DNA of 64,000 nucleotides from Chrysemys picta bellii. Its lineage: Eukaryota. The stretch covers positions 85,126,001 through 85,190,000 of the forward strand of contig NC_088798.1 of NCBI RefSeq assembly GCF_011386835.1, in the 5' to 3' direction. The notes beneath the pieces were generated by a model. The model had not been told where the DNA came from, did not search any database, and saw only the letters and a program-made list of their open reading frames with translations. The translations under genes and the position numbers were made by a program. Of the stretch, positions 22,998 to 35,925 are shown one piece after another; the first letter of the stretch is position 1, and every line of letters begins with the position of its first letter.

Positions 22998-24050
22998 TGT
23001 CATGCTGCCTGGAGTGGCTCATGACCCTGAGTACCTTCCTCAGGGCAGGCTGTCAAAAACAGGACAGACACCCGCAATTGGGGGTAAATTCTATAATTAG
23101 ATTTCACCAAATCAGTAACATATGTGAACTCCTGGATCACTATACCAGTCTTAGCATAGAGTCAGACACAGTCCCCTTAGACTCTCCAGTCTATCTTGCC
23201 ACCCAGGCAAGCTGGACTTAGTGATAAATGGTCATTTACACCAAAAATCACAAAATATTCAGGTTGCTTCCAGTCTCAAGAAACCAGTCACTTACCCCAG
23301 ATCAACTGGTACCCTAGATCTTACACCAAAGACAATGCCTGTAGCCAATCCTGTAATGAACTATCTAAAGGTTTATTACCTAGGAAAAAGAAATAAAGTT
23401 ATTTACAGGTTAAAGCAAACACACACACACACACACAAATGAGTTACCATCTACGATTCCTAAAGATGGAAGAGATGTGGTAATCTATCAATTCAAAATG
23501 TCTTTTGCGACAGACTACAGGGTAATTCCTGGGGATTTCTGCCTTAGTTTAGTGTCTCTGGCCCTGTGAGAGTTCAAAGAGCAAAGAGAGATGAAAAATG
23601 TTCATGTTCGCTATTTTTATTTCCCTCTTCCAGTATTCAAATGGATGGGACAAGGCCTTCAGCACATACTTCTAGATGGGGCATTTAACAATTTTTTTGT
23701 CTTATATTGGCCCACTTAATTTTTGATAGTCCTGGATAAGTGCAGAAGGGGGGGAAAGTCCCGTGTCTGGGTTCACAAGTTCAGAGCAAACCTTTTCAAA
23801 GTTATAAGCAATACTTACATATTTCCTTATTGCATGGAATACAGACATGATAAGTAAGATGAATGCATGCAGCAACTTACAAGCATTTCATAGATTCTAA
23901 ACACTAAATACATTTTAATAAGATTAGTGCCTATTTTGAACAAAATTAACATATAGGTGAGATGGTTTGGTTTCCAGTTATGAGTTCATCAGTTCTTAGC
24001 TAATGCCTACATCCTTGGCCAGAACTGGCACTAGGTTTACCAGCATCACA
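22998..24050 (-). mobile_element. Solo LTR (~1.05 kb; Gypsy/ERV type)
   Basis: TG..CA termini. AATAAA on the minus strand (23372-23377). Its start TGTGATGCTGG and its 3' ~500 bp are homologous to the LTR at 51329. The TSD is unclear (CCATT vs CCACC). Confidence 0.7.
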
Positions 24051-24373
24051 CCACCTGTCCTAATAAAAGTGTCAAATAGATGCCTGCCTATTTTTGCAAG
24101 GGCAATCAGTTGACTGTGCAAAAACTGACCTATTGTTTTTATATGGAAGTCACTGAAAGATGACAGTGACAGAATCCAACAATTCAACTTCTCAGGGTAC
24201 ACCTCGAGGTGCATACATTGGCCTAAGAGGCGTACATGAGAGGTATAGCAGTGGTGGAAATATATCTAAAGATGCAAATTAGTTCTACCTTGCTGAGGTG
24301 TAGCTGAGGAACATCTAGAAAAATACTATTTAGATACACTGAAACTGGGAGAGGACCCTCAACTGGAGTCAAA

Positions 24374-24673
24374 GGGTATGTCTACACTTGGAGCTAGCGG
24401 TGTGATTCCAAGCTCAAGGAGACAACTCGCACTAGCTCTGGTTGAGCAAGTACGCTAAAAACAGTAGTGTAGTCACAGCAGCATGGGCAGCAATGAGGAG
24501 TAGAAGGGGCTCACCACCCCAAGTACAAACCCACTCAGGCCTCTTGGGTGCATACTCGAGCAGCGAGCCTGGGCACTGCCCAAGCTACTGCAGCTACACT
24601 ACTAATTTTAGAATGAGTGCAAGTATGTCTCCTCAAGGTGCTCAGAACACCAGATCCAAGTGTAGACATACTC
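24374..24673. mobile_element. PIF/Harbinger MITE (300 bp)
   Basis: TIRs GGGTATGTCTACACTTGGA / TCCAAGTGTAGACATACTC, with a 3-bp flank AAA on both sides. Confidence 0.75.
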
Positions 24674-24759
24674 AAACTGTCAACTTCAGAGTAGCATGTG
24701 CAAGTTCAGGATTCTGTACATCTTCGGAACCATTTCAAAGGGAAAGAAAGGATAGTTTT

Positions 24760-25020
24760 GTGGTTTGGGCACTGGATGGAGACCTGGGTTCAATGTCTGG
24801 ATTTGTTACAAACTTCCTTTGAGACCTTGAGCAAGACAATCATTCTGTGCCTCAGTTCCCCATCTATAAAATGGAGATAAGAATACATCCCTACTCCCAT
24901 CTTTTGTCTAGCTTGCCTATTATGATTGTAAGCTCTTTAGGGCAGGGACTGTGTATGCACAACATCTAGCACAAGGGGACCAAGATAGAGCCTTTAGGAA
25001 CTACTATAATAATAAGTGGT
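24760..25020 (+). mobile_element. MIR/CORE-SINE with L2-derived tail
   Basis: tRNA-like B box GACCTGGGTTCAAT, CORE sequence TGTGCCTCAGTTCCCCATCTATAAAATGGAGATAA, and tail GATTGTAAGCTCTTTAGGGCAGGGACTGT..ATAATAATAA. Confidence 0.75.
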
Positions 25021-25729
25021 AACATGATTTCATGAAGCAGTGTAAGGAAAATGACAATCTTAGGTGCTCTAGGGATTTGAAATGTCATCAGCGGGGGAAA
25101 CCCCAGAGACCAAAACTCCATTCTTGGTAGACAACTAAAGGAGCAGGTGATTTTAAACAATTGTGTTTTAAAATTATTTATTTGCAATTTATCATTTATT
25201 CACTTATATTTTCTGTTAATGATGTGAGACCTCAAACAATATTCTATATTTATTTTCAAAATCTAAAAAACATCTGCACCATTACCTGTGGAATATGTCT
25301 CAGTTAAATAGTTCCTTCAACAGTCTCTTTAAGGCAGCCATGAGGAGTAATTAAATATTTAGGAGTGCAGCTTCCATCTAGTTTGTCAGCCCAGTTCCAG
25401 TTAAATTATGTTCCCCATCACAGACTGCATCTAATGACTTAATTAGGTGGATGGAGTTAGTTACCATGATCATTAATAGACTGTGTTAATATAATCAAAA
25501 ATGAATACTCTCTAGAGCTGGCTGAGTTTATGCTCGTTGGACTCTATAAAATGTTTGGCCATTTTAAGTAATTAGTTCTGGTCTGTTTTACATCCATCAC
25601 AGGAGTTCTGGGTATATTTGCTTTGTCAAAAAGATGCATTTACTTATATGATTCAAGTCATAGGAGACCTTGTGTTATAAACTCCTTAAGTGCACAATTT
25701 CTCTCTCTCTCTCCATCAGTGGTACGTAT

Positions 25730-25925
25730 CTGCTCTCCCATTATCACGGTATCTAAGCACCGCACAATCTTTAACATAGTTATCCTCACAGAACATCTGG
25801 GAGGTAGGGCAGTGCTATTATCCCCATTTTACAGATGGGGAACTGAGCATAGGGGGACTTGTTCAAGGTCACACAGAAAGCCTGTAGCAGAGCAGCGATT
25901 TGAACCTAGATCTCTCATATCCTAA
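25730..25925 (-). mobile_element. MIR/CORE-SINE
   Basis: ATTATCCCCATTTTACAGATGGGGAACTGAG..GTTCAAGGTCACACAG..TTTGAACCTAG. Confidence 0.8.
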
Positions 25926-28900
25926 GATAATGCATTAACCCCTACATCATCCTGCCTTTACATATAAAAATGAGCACTTCAGTGCACAGTTACTGGCAAA
26001 TGTGAGACTTAGCCCATACAATTTATGTAGCTACTTTTGGAAGGTGGTCTCAAAGTTAACAAAAGGAAAACTTTTCAAAACAATGTCAGTCCCTTCCTTT
26101 GTGTCAATGCAAAAAAGAGAGTTATGCACTCAAAAATGTATTGGGGTCCTTCTGATTTTAAAAAATCAAATTGTGAAAATCAACAACATGATAGAGGATT
26201 TTTTTGGGAGGAAAGAAGTTTTCCTTATAAAAGATGTCCAAAGAGATTGCTATTGTGAGACAGTTAATAAGCATAACTGATGAGTGTGATGGGGAACTGA
26301 TACTTCAAGTTCAGGAGGAGAACTCTTCTAGGCCAACCAGTTCCTGGGAAATAAACAAGACAAGCTGCTACCCCTCTATATACTGCAAGAGGGAATCTAG
26401 GACTAGAATGATTAGATTCTAAGGTGCTCAGACACCATGATGATGGGCACAGTATTAAAAAAAATAGAGTAACAACAGTACAAACAAGTAGGTGCTTGTT
26501 ACCCTGGTAACTACAGAGCAAGAAGATATAGGCTGGAAAAGGCCCTGGGGAGATCAGAGACGACATAAGGGCTCTGGCTTCAGTGGGCTTAAAAAGGAGC
26601 TCTATCCCAAATATCTTAGGCAGAAGGATGGTGGACAGAACATAGGATTCCATGTTATGTGGAGATTTAAATAGGGACCTATTATCTTCAGGTGTCCATC
26701 TAACATACAAAAGGATTGTGTTCAGGTATCCTAGTAATAGCACAAGTATAGTATAAATGCTCAGACAGAAAGACAGGGCTTTGTTTTACCCATTACTTGA
26801 GAGTTCGGTCAGAGGGTGACTGCTGAAGCTGATTTGATAGAATCATCTCCCCAGGGAGGGTGTAATATCTGAGAGCTGAACTGGGATGATATGTTAGCTT
26901 ACACTACAGAAGAAGTATGACCCCTCTTCCACAGACAAGTTGCAGCACTCACAGTGTGTGACCACCAACCAGTCAGTAATGCAACTAACAAGGAAGGCCT
27001 GTAGCATCTCCCTTTCACTTTGTGTGAAAAGGGGCTAAACTTAATGGTAGTGCCACATGGAACATCAAGGGCTGATTTCCCGTCCTCTACTTCCCAAGTA
27101 GACAGGGACTTGGGGTCCTCTGAAAGAAGCACTTGTACCTCCTATCGAAAGGTGGCAGAGAAAAAAGGAAGGGAGAACCACCCCTCACATCTTGGCATTC
27201 TAAATCACCTGAAGTCATTTCCAGTGCCTCGTTAATCACTCAGTACCCACCGCCTTGATCATGTCCCATCTTAACATTCTGCAGGTAAAATGGACAGAAC
27301 TCTGATTATCTCCTTTGAAGAGGGAAAAGCAACCACAGCAGAGGGCCCTTTACTTTCAAGCATGCCTTCTGAGATGGGTATTTAATGTTAGCAGCAATAC
27401 TGTAAGCTCATTACTTTAGAGAAATTCTAAGGGGAGGCAGCAATTCCAGAACTACTGGCTGAAATAGTAACCTTTCATCCTTAAGGTCACAGGAAAAGTC
27501 ATTCTTGTGGGCTCAATGAAAACTGATCTGATGGATACGAATGAAAGCAAAGAAAGTTGTCTACTGTATATACGCTTCCAAAGTAAATAAAACCCTTGAA
27601 GGGAAATGACACAGTTACTGAATCAAGAGAAAAAGCAGAAAGATATATTATCTCAGGAAGCCAGATTCACTCCCATGCAATAAGTCACTGGAAGTTTGGT
27701 ACTGTTTAAAGACAGGACAAAAAGATTGGAAATCTTGGAAGGTTTTAATAAATCAAAGAGAGGATGAACAGTTGGACCCACCAATTCTGCCTTTTTCTTC
27801 TAAAAAGACATTACAGAAGAAAATGTTACCTCTGGCAATTAGATGACATGATAACTGCTCCAAATATTAATAGATTAGGATGGTTTCAACACTGCGTAAA
27901 AAGTTTCTCATTTCAAACTGACAAACCAGATTAAGATCTCACTTGCACAGGAGGAAATATGTCAAAAAAATGTAGCAGAATTGGTAGTCTACCACAAGCA
28001 TAGAAGAAATAGAGTCACTGGGCTGTGTTCTGCTGCGATTCACATTTATGTAAATCAAATATGAGTTTTAAAATGAGTTATTCCAGAGGTATACTGCTGT
28101 AGCTGAGAGCAATATTTGGCCCACTTATGAGCCACATAGGAGGAATTCACAGATTTGAGAAACACTCATATAGCAAAGTCAAAATGGAAATGATCTTGGG
28201 TGGAGACCATGGGCTTGGAAAAATGTGTACATATCTCTGCACTGATATTCATTGCTAAGAATTCTAGACATGAGTTATTAAAGAGATTATTTCATAATCA
28301 TGCTTACCTTCTCCTGAGTGGTGTTAGGACGATTCCTCGAGTCTTTGATATTGGTGGTTTTAGAATGTAAAGATCCAGCAATGGATATTACATGAGGGAA
28401 ATCCGACTGTGGGAGTCAGAAGATTAATGTTTCTAATGGTTCTGGAGGTCTCTGGATGAAAACCTCTGTGTAAATGCCAAGTGTGATCATTTAAATGTTA
28501 ATTCTGTGAATTGGATGGGTGGCAAAGAATGTACACAAAAGGAAAGTGTCCAATATTGATCAGTCTAGTGATGTGAGAGCATTTAACTAAAGAAATGGTT
28601 TCTCACAGTTTCATTTGAAAATATGACAAAGACAGTTTATCAGATCCAACAAACTAATCTATCATCTTCTAATTGGGAAGTCTTTTCTGCCAGCATGCCT
28701 GGTGCCTCACTAATCCGTATACAGTTTAGTAGGAGAGATAATAAATTATGCAAGAGATCTAATTATACCAATTTGTTAAAAGATGAGATAGTTAAACTGA
28801 GGACTTAAATAACGAGAAATGAACATTTGATCCTAATTAGTTTGACCTAAACTTTAAGAAAAAGTGGAAAAATAATTCCATGATGAATCTGTGAGAAGAC

Positions 28901-30418
28901 CTACTACTGTAAAAAATGCCCAAGGTTTGAAAGGACCACTGTTAAATGGCACAAAGAAACATCATTTCTGTCACAACGCTGGAGATTATTGTTCCTGATT
29001 CTCCTGTCTCGCCATATATACTTGGTGTATCTCCAGAGGGGGCAAAGTTAACTTTAAGCAATCCTTCCTCCCCTCTGATTCTGGTGCCATCAAGGCACTA
29101 GGTTGATTTCCAAATAAATTAAAGCATCCTGAAGGTACTCTAATCTACAGAAATTGCACAAGGTAGGTGACTGAGCACATCAAGGGGCTTGCACATATTT
29201 TTCAAGGCATACTTATTGCTTTTGGGATTGAAAATTTGACTTATGCTTTGGGATCATTTGGAATGGAAGGCACTATATAAATTTAAGATATTATCATATT
29301 TGACTGAGAAGTCCACTTCATGGGCCAGATCCCAGGTGGATTTCAGTGGAGCTAGGTCAATTTACACGAGGTGTGGATCTGACCCTATATCAAATATGAA
29401 GTCCATTAAAATTAAATAAGTGCTTTTATCATGTATTTAGCCAAGTTTAATTTGAACAGAGAATGTTTAATTTAAAAAAGACAAATATTTCTTACTTGTG
29501 TTGAGTAAAGAAAAAAACATAGAAAATGAATTATCTCTATTTTCTTTAAATATATGCCAAAAGGCCTGATTGAGAATGAAAAGTAATAAAACATTTAGCA
29601 GGGATAGCAGAACTGTTGCCATTCACAGGCATCAGGGTTTTTAGGTCTACTACCTGAGAGTCTCCCATATGATGGGTAGTAATCCAAAAATCAAGTGCCA
29701 ATTGGGGTTATGTTCCATGTCAAGTCATATTTCTAAATTGCAGAGTACAGACTGCTACAGAATTCTTCTCTGTTCTTGCTGTACCTTTCTGTCTCCTCAG
29801 CCCTGAGTTAAGTGTGTTATTCGTGATTCATAGCAACTTCATGAAAAGCAGTCCATCAGGAAAGGAACAGAATGATGGAATCCACAGGAAACTTCCTTTG
29901 CTAAACACAACTTACTAAGGAAACTCAAACTTGAATGAATTGTGAGAAGTATTCAAACACCCTGCATTACAAAAATTCTGCACAATTTATCACCAGTTGA
30001 CTAATTTGCAAAGTCAAAGCCACTTTTGAGACCTGCAGACCACAAGTTTTCAGGATATATCATGTCCAATTCCACGAGAAATGTGTTTTGACAAACAGAC
30101 AAATACTGATGCTATAGCTGTTCCACAGATAATTCTACAGCCAAAAACTCAAACTAGGATGTGCGAACATTAAGTTTGTATGCACCACCTTAACACTGCC
30201 CCATTGTGCATATACTTCACAACGCAGTCTTTATCACGCGACCAACAACTATTTCTTGGATCATACATTATAGTATACAATTTTTCTACAACCTTATATG
30301 TCATATCTTGTAATAGTGTGTAACATTATTTGTATGCCAGACAAAACAGAGCTTTTGAAAATAATTTCAATGAAAAGTACATAGTAATATGTCCTTACAA
30401 AACATACCACAAATTAAA

Positions 30419-30488
30419 GGCCTGATCCAAAGCCTACTGAAGTTAATGGGAGTTTTTCACTGACTTCAACAAGCTTGGAATCACAGCC
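30419..30488. mobile_element. Short palindromic MITE (Chompy-like)
   Basis: GGCCTGATCCAAAGCCTACTGAAGTTAATGGGAG..GACTTCAACAAGCTTGGAATCACAGCC. Related copies at 30844-30912, 33935-34005 and about 34925-34996. Confidence 0.55.
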
Positions 30489-30969
30489 TAAAGGTCTATT
30501 TATGCAATCATTAATCACATTGAGTAGCACTTACTCATGTGAGTAGTCCACTGATTTTAACGAACTACTTGCATATAAGCATGTACTAGTCAATTTGAAT
30601 ATGTGCTGCAGAATTGGGCTTTAAATAGTGGACTTTACACAATGAGAGTTTAAATTTGATGCTGTACTTAAGCAACCTGTAATTGCATCTAACGTAGCTT
30701 TGCAGTTAACTCTCTCATCCCCAGAACTGCACCCAAGATAATTAATTCTTTTCAACTGCAGTATTTGCATGGTACACTATGTGGGTGCTGATTAAAATAC
30801 ATACCTTAGTGAGAGAAAAGCTTATTTATAAAAAGCTTAATGTCCTAATCCAAAATTCACTGAAATCAATGGGAGTTTTTCCACATACTTCAATGAGGTT
30901 TGGACAAAGTCCTGAGACAAGGAAGCTCTACTGGGCCAACTTCACTCTCCAGGACGTTGACACATTGTT

Positions 30970-31849
30970 TGTGACCGATATGGCAATTTCCTGTAATATT
31001 CTTGAAACCCCTTATTGAATTAAGTTTAAGTATCTTTGGGGTCCATTGTATTAAATACAAAGTTTATGTATCATTGTGGGCTCAGATTGTATGTAACCTT
31101 TCTAAGGGAAAGATGAAATGTGAGACCTGGGAGTTCAAAGGACTATATTAAATATGTGCCAGACAAGAATGGACTTTTGGGACAATACATGTGAAGTGGA
31201 TTTCCTGGGAATACCTGGGGAGTGGTTAATGAAAATTCCCCACCTCTGGTTATGCAAAACCCCAGCCTTTGGAAGCTACACCCTGAGATGTGGGTCACTG
31301 GCTGCTGATTACCTGTTCCTAGAGACAAGAACAAAGGCACAAACTGTATAAAGAAACAGCTGAACTGGCCAGTGTGGGCTCTGGCTCTGAATATGAGACA
31401 GTTAGGTACTTGTAACCATGGGGGAAACCCATTTATGAATTATGAAGGACTGACACCTACCAGAGACCAAGGCTGGAGTTGGGGGTGACCTCTGGCAAGG
31501 TTTTTAGCATGTGTGCAGGTCCTTTTATTGTTTTTAATGTTTTCTTTGTAATGCTATCACCTTAAGAATAAACGTGCTTAGAAAGAGCTGTGTGGTAACT
31601 TGTAACTATGGGAAATTATGCTGTTTATGGCCTCGGGAGAGAAAGCAAAATGTAGACACTCACCTGCCTAGGCAGTCTGGCTTGTTGGGAATATCTCAAT
31701 GTAGGCCAGGAAAAACCCCGGTCAGAAAGGAGTGAGATGTGAGTCTCTCCCCAAGAGAGTTAATGGCTGAAGATCAGGAAACCTAGAGTGAGTACCCTCG
31801 AAGGACCACAATGGGGAAATTGCAGGTGCAGTTAGACTGAACTGTGATA
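30970..31849 (+). mobile_element. Solo LTR (~880 bp)
   Basis: Starts TGTGACC and ends CTGTGATA (degenerate TGTGACA). TATA-like TGTATAAAG at about 31346 and AATAAA at about 31567. No clear TSD. Confidence 0.55.
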
Positions 31850-32163
31850 CTTATCTTGCAAAAATTCTGTCTCTTGCAAAAATATCCCTGACCTCCTTTC
31901 ACATTATGGCATTGATTCAACAAAAAACTTAAGTACATGCTTAAAGGTAAGCCCCTGCTTAAGTGTTTTGCTGAATTGAATGGATTTGAGCATATGCTTA
32001 AAGAATATACATAGTTGTTTTCTGAATTAAGGCACATAATTCTAGCAGATCTCCTAAGGTACACAAGAAGGAGCATATCTTAGCAGCTCTGCAGCTGTCT
32101 CAAGTGTGTAGAATCTGTCTCTCAACCCCTTCACCCATTACAAACTCCACAGGAGCCTTTCCC

Positions 32164-33020
32164 CAGTGATGAGCTCCCAAAATCCTAAGAACCGGTTACC
32201 TATCGGGTAAGTAGCGGCACTTCGGCAGCGGGGGGTGTGGGGGGATCTTCACTCGATCCAGATTTTCGGCACATTTCGGCGGCAGGTACTTCACCCGGAG
32301 CGAGTGAAGACACACACACACACACACACACACCCGCCGCCGAAGTGCCGCCGAAGAGCCGCCGAAGACCCAGTAGGGAACCGCGCAGTGCCTGTCTCCC
32401 CCCACCCCACCCATCCGACCCCAACCCACGTTCTGCCCCTGACTGCCCCCCTCAGAACCCACAACCCATCAACCCCCCCCCCCCCCGCTCCTTGTCCCCT
32501 GACCACCCCCTCCCGAGATCCCCCACACTAACTGCCCCCCAGGACCCACCCCCTACCCAACTCGCCCCGTTCCCCGTCCCCTGACCGCCCCCCTCTGTCC
32601 CCTCCAACTGCTCCCTGCCCCTTATCCAACCCCACCTCCTAGCCCCAGCCCGGCCCCCTTACCATGCGGCTGTGTAAGGATGCCGCGCAGCTGCTGTAGC
32701 TCGCAGCCTGGCCCTGTTACCATGCCACTCAAAGCAGCAGGAGCTGCAGAGCTGCCCAGAGGTCTGGTGCCAGCAGCGCGGCACGCTGGGGCTCTGTGAG
32801 GGGGAAGCGGAGGAGTGGCCGGGGGAACCTCCCCAGCTGGGAGCTCAGGCGGGCCGGCAGGACGGTCCTGCGGGCCGGATGTGGCCCGCGGACTGGAGTT
32901 TGTTCACCCACCCGCCCCTTTAGGAACCTTTAGAAACCGCCCCTTTAGGTAATACACCGGCTTCTAAATTTAACAACCAGTTCTTGCGAACCGGTGCAAA
33001 CCAGCTCCAGCTCACCACTG
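32164..33020. mobile_element. Composite non-autonomous hAT element (857 bp)
   Basis: TIRs CAGTGATGAGCT / AGCTCACCACTG. Perfect 8-bp TSD CCTTTCCC (32156-32163 and 33021-33028). CpG-rich interior with (CA)11 and a C-rich tandem block. Confidence 0.85.
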
Positions 33021-34013
33021 CCTTTCCCTAATCCAAAGAACCTCTACTGTTTCACAGCAATGTATTTTACATTTTTTTCCTTTGGTCTGAACTTTATGAG
33101 TTTGGGGGAGGAAAAATACCACGTTTGCTCAGTACCTAATTTTTAGACTCATAACTTGGTCAAATAAAAACCAGTCACCACTGGAACAAAGAAGAGCACT
33201 TAACAAGGATGTTCAAAAACAACAGAGCTATCATCTCTCCAATTCTCCTAAGAAAATTCACCTTCAAACAGAGACCAAGCATGGAAAATCTCAGCCAAAA
33301 GATGAAAGTTTCAGAAAGTTATGCTATCTTGACTCTAGCAGTTACTACAGGTCCTGCTATCATAAGGATATATATCATAAGGATATATATAAAATAAGTG
33401 GATTTTACTGTTGACGCCTTCATTTTATTTCCTTCTTTTGTTGGAAGCCAAAGGAAGTTGATTTTCTTGCAATTACTGTGAGTGGAGAAGAGAGATATAG
33501 GAATGCTGTTATAAAATTTGAATTCTTTAAAAAAAGGTTTGGCAAATTGAATCCTCTTTTGAAATTTTTCAGGCTTGGCAATTCATCCCGATTAAGATAG
33601 ATCTACAATACAACTTGTTGAAATAAGCCTTAAGTCGGCAAATCCTGAACAGAAGCTTCTGGGAATGGCATTTAAAATCCTTTTGTTATCAGGCTGCTTT
33701 TAACAGATTCAAACCAAAAGAGTCTGGAGCAAGGATTTTTTTTTTTAGTGACTGAAATGTCTACAAGATTTCCCCCCCCTTTTTATATGTATTATTACAG
33801 AGCAGTTTTTTTCTGTGGCATGTGGCTAAGCAAATAACTGTGCTTACTGGGAAATGTAGTAATAGGAAAATATTTAATGTGGTTTTAGTAGTCTTTAATG
33901 TGCATTAGAAGATGGAAACAAGAACTGTTGTCATGGACCTGATCCAAAGACCAACTAAGTCAATGGGAGTCTTTTCTTTGACTTCAGTGGATTTTGGATA
34001 GATCCAGCACTGT

Positions 34014-34265
34014 GGGTATGTCTACACTGCAACTAAAAACCCACAGCTGACCTATGCCTGTGATTCAGGCTAAGGGGCTGTATAATTGTGGTGTAGATGT
34101 TCGGGCTCAGGCTAGAGCCCAGGCTCTAGAACCCTGAGAGGTGGGAGGGTCCCAGAGCTTGGGTTGCAGCCCGAGTCTGAACGTCTATAAGCACCGCACC
34201 CTAAGTCCCGCAAGCCCAAGTCAGCTGGCATAGGCCAGTCGTGGGTTTTTAACTGCAGTGTGGTG
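34014..34265. mobile_element. PIF/Harbinger MITE with long inverted arms
   Basis: GGGTATGTCTACACTGCAACTAAAAACCCACAGCTGACCTATGCC pairs with GGCATAGGCCAGTCGTGGGTTTTTAACTGCAGTGTG. Confidence 0.7.
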
Positions 34266-35679
34266 ATAGGGTACACAGAGGAGACCTTGACACATAGATG
34301 TCAATCTCCAGAGATGTTTTTAAGGCCCGAGTGATATAGGCAGACACCTGGAATGTCAGAATAGTGTCTCCCCTGGATAATTTTTTTCATTTTGGTCTCC
34401 AGTAGTAGGATCCCTGCCTCCATCTATACATTCCATGGTCCTTTAGTCCTTTGTGTCAACTGCCTGATGGCATTCTCTGCAGTAATATGAGATAGCAGGC
34501 ACCAAATCCCATCTACACCTACGACACAGTTGCACCCAGGAACAGTACAAGCTGTGACTGCTCATAAGCCCTGGAGTGGAATATTATGAGACTGTACGTT
34601 GCAGGTCAGGACTTAGGTGCTGCTTCATTCAGCTTAATGCTAGACATAACCAATTTGATGGGCCTCCCATTAGGCAACTAGACATGCTGAGCCCAATCCT
34701 GGAGTCTTTACACTAGCAAAACTCCCTTTGGAATGGGAATTTTTTCTGAGCAAGGTCTGCAGGATTCATCCTATCACATGAGCATCCCGCATATTGTAAC
34801 AATCGACAGGGAAGGAGCTCTACCTCATGAGCTAGGGCCCAGTCAGCAGGAGTTTTGCTAAGTTTGTTTCTGCTAGAAATAAAAAATTACACAGATCTAT
34901 AGGAACTATCTGCATTGTCCATTAGAACTTGATCCAAAGCCTCCTTAATGTTGACGGAAAGACCATCATTGTGTTTATGGGGCTTTGAATCAGGCCCTTA
35001 ATCCTTTACTATGGAGAGAAGAACATTCACTGGGTGGAATCCAATCTTTCTTCATAATTTTATCAGCCTTTAAGAATTTTGCCTGAGTAAAAATGTATGA
35101 TTTATCTCACTTTGTGCCAGAAGCGTTAATATTAGGAAGTGAAACGTAGCAATGGTCATAGGTAAGGCTGCTGCTATTCCATGTCTATATCATATAATGT
35201 AAGGCCTGAATATGAATATGTAGGGCCGCTACATAGAACTAAAAATCTTCTGCACAGTTGCTGACGTTGCCATTATCCCACAGATAGAGAGGACAGTTTT
35301 GTTAAACAGCTTAAAAAAATGCTTTTCGGGCGTAAATCCTAAAAGGAAATTCAAAGTGGCCATTACTTGGAATTTAAAAAAAAAAAAACTCCTGCTCAGC
35401 AGCCATTAATGTCAGGCGCAGCAGTAATTCCTACTACTAGAAAACAATTTATGATTTTTTTGTCGTTGAGAAAATAACAGTGCACCCGAGTCTCAGATTT
35501 TAAGAAATGCATTTCCAGCTTCCTAATCCCCCCCCCCTTTTTTTTAAACTGCATCCTTATTTCAGCTTTATGGTTCTTCATCCAAAGTGAATGATAAGAG
35601 TAAGCCCTCTGCTTTATGTGTTGGAAGTGACTACAAAGCAGGGAGGGGGAGGAATGAGAATCTTGGGGGCAGGAGGGTC

Positions 35680-35925
35680 TAGTGAACAGGGCAATAAAGG
35701 GGAAATCAGGAGACCTGGATTCTATTGCCAGCTCTGCCATTGACTTGCTCTGTGACTCCGAGTTAGTCACTTCAGCTCACTGTGCCTCTGTTTCCCTTCC
35801 CACCCCTTGTCTGGTCTATTTAGATCGTAAGATAATTGGGACAGGGACTGTCTGTCTCTTACTATGCTTTTGCACTGAACCTAAAACACTGGGGCTTTGA
35901 TCTTAGTAGAAAATAAATTAAAATA
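35680..35925 (+). mobile_element. MIR-like SINE with L2 tail
   Basis: GGAGACCTGGATTCTATTGCCAGCTCTGCC..TGTGCCTCTGTTTCCC..GATCGTAAG..GGGACAGGGACTGTC, the same layout as 24760. Confidence 0.65.

Noticed and set aside
29028-29045. CTCF-like CCAGAGGGGGC
   Set aside because: The spacing does not fit the CTCF core. A weaker candidate at about 45755 is also unsupported.
33358-33387. 15-bp tandem duplication TATCATAAGGATATA
   Set aside because: Ordinary slippage next to an AT run.
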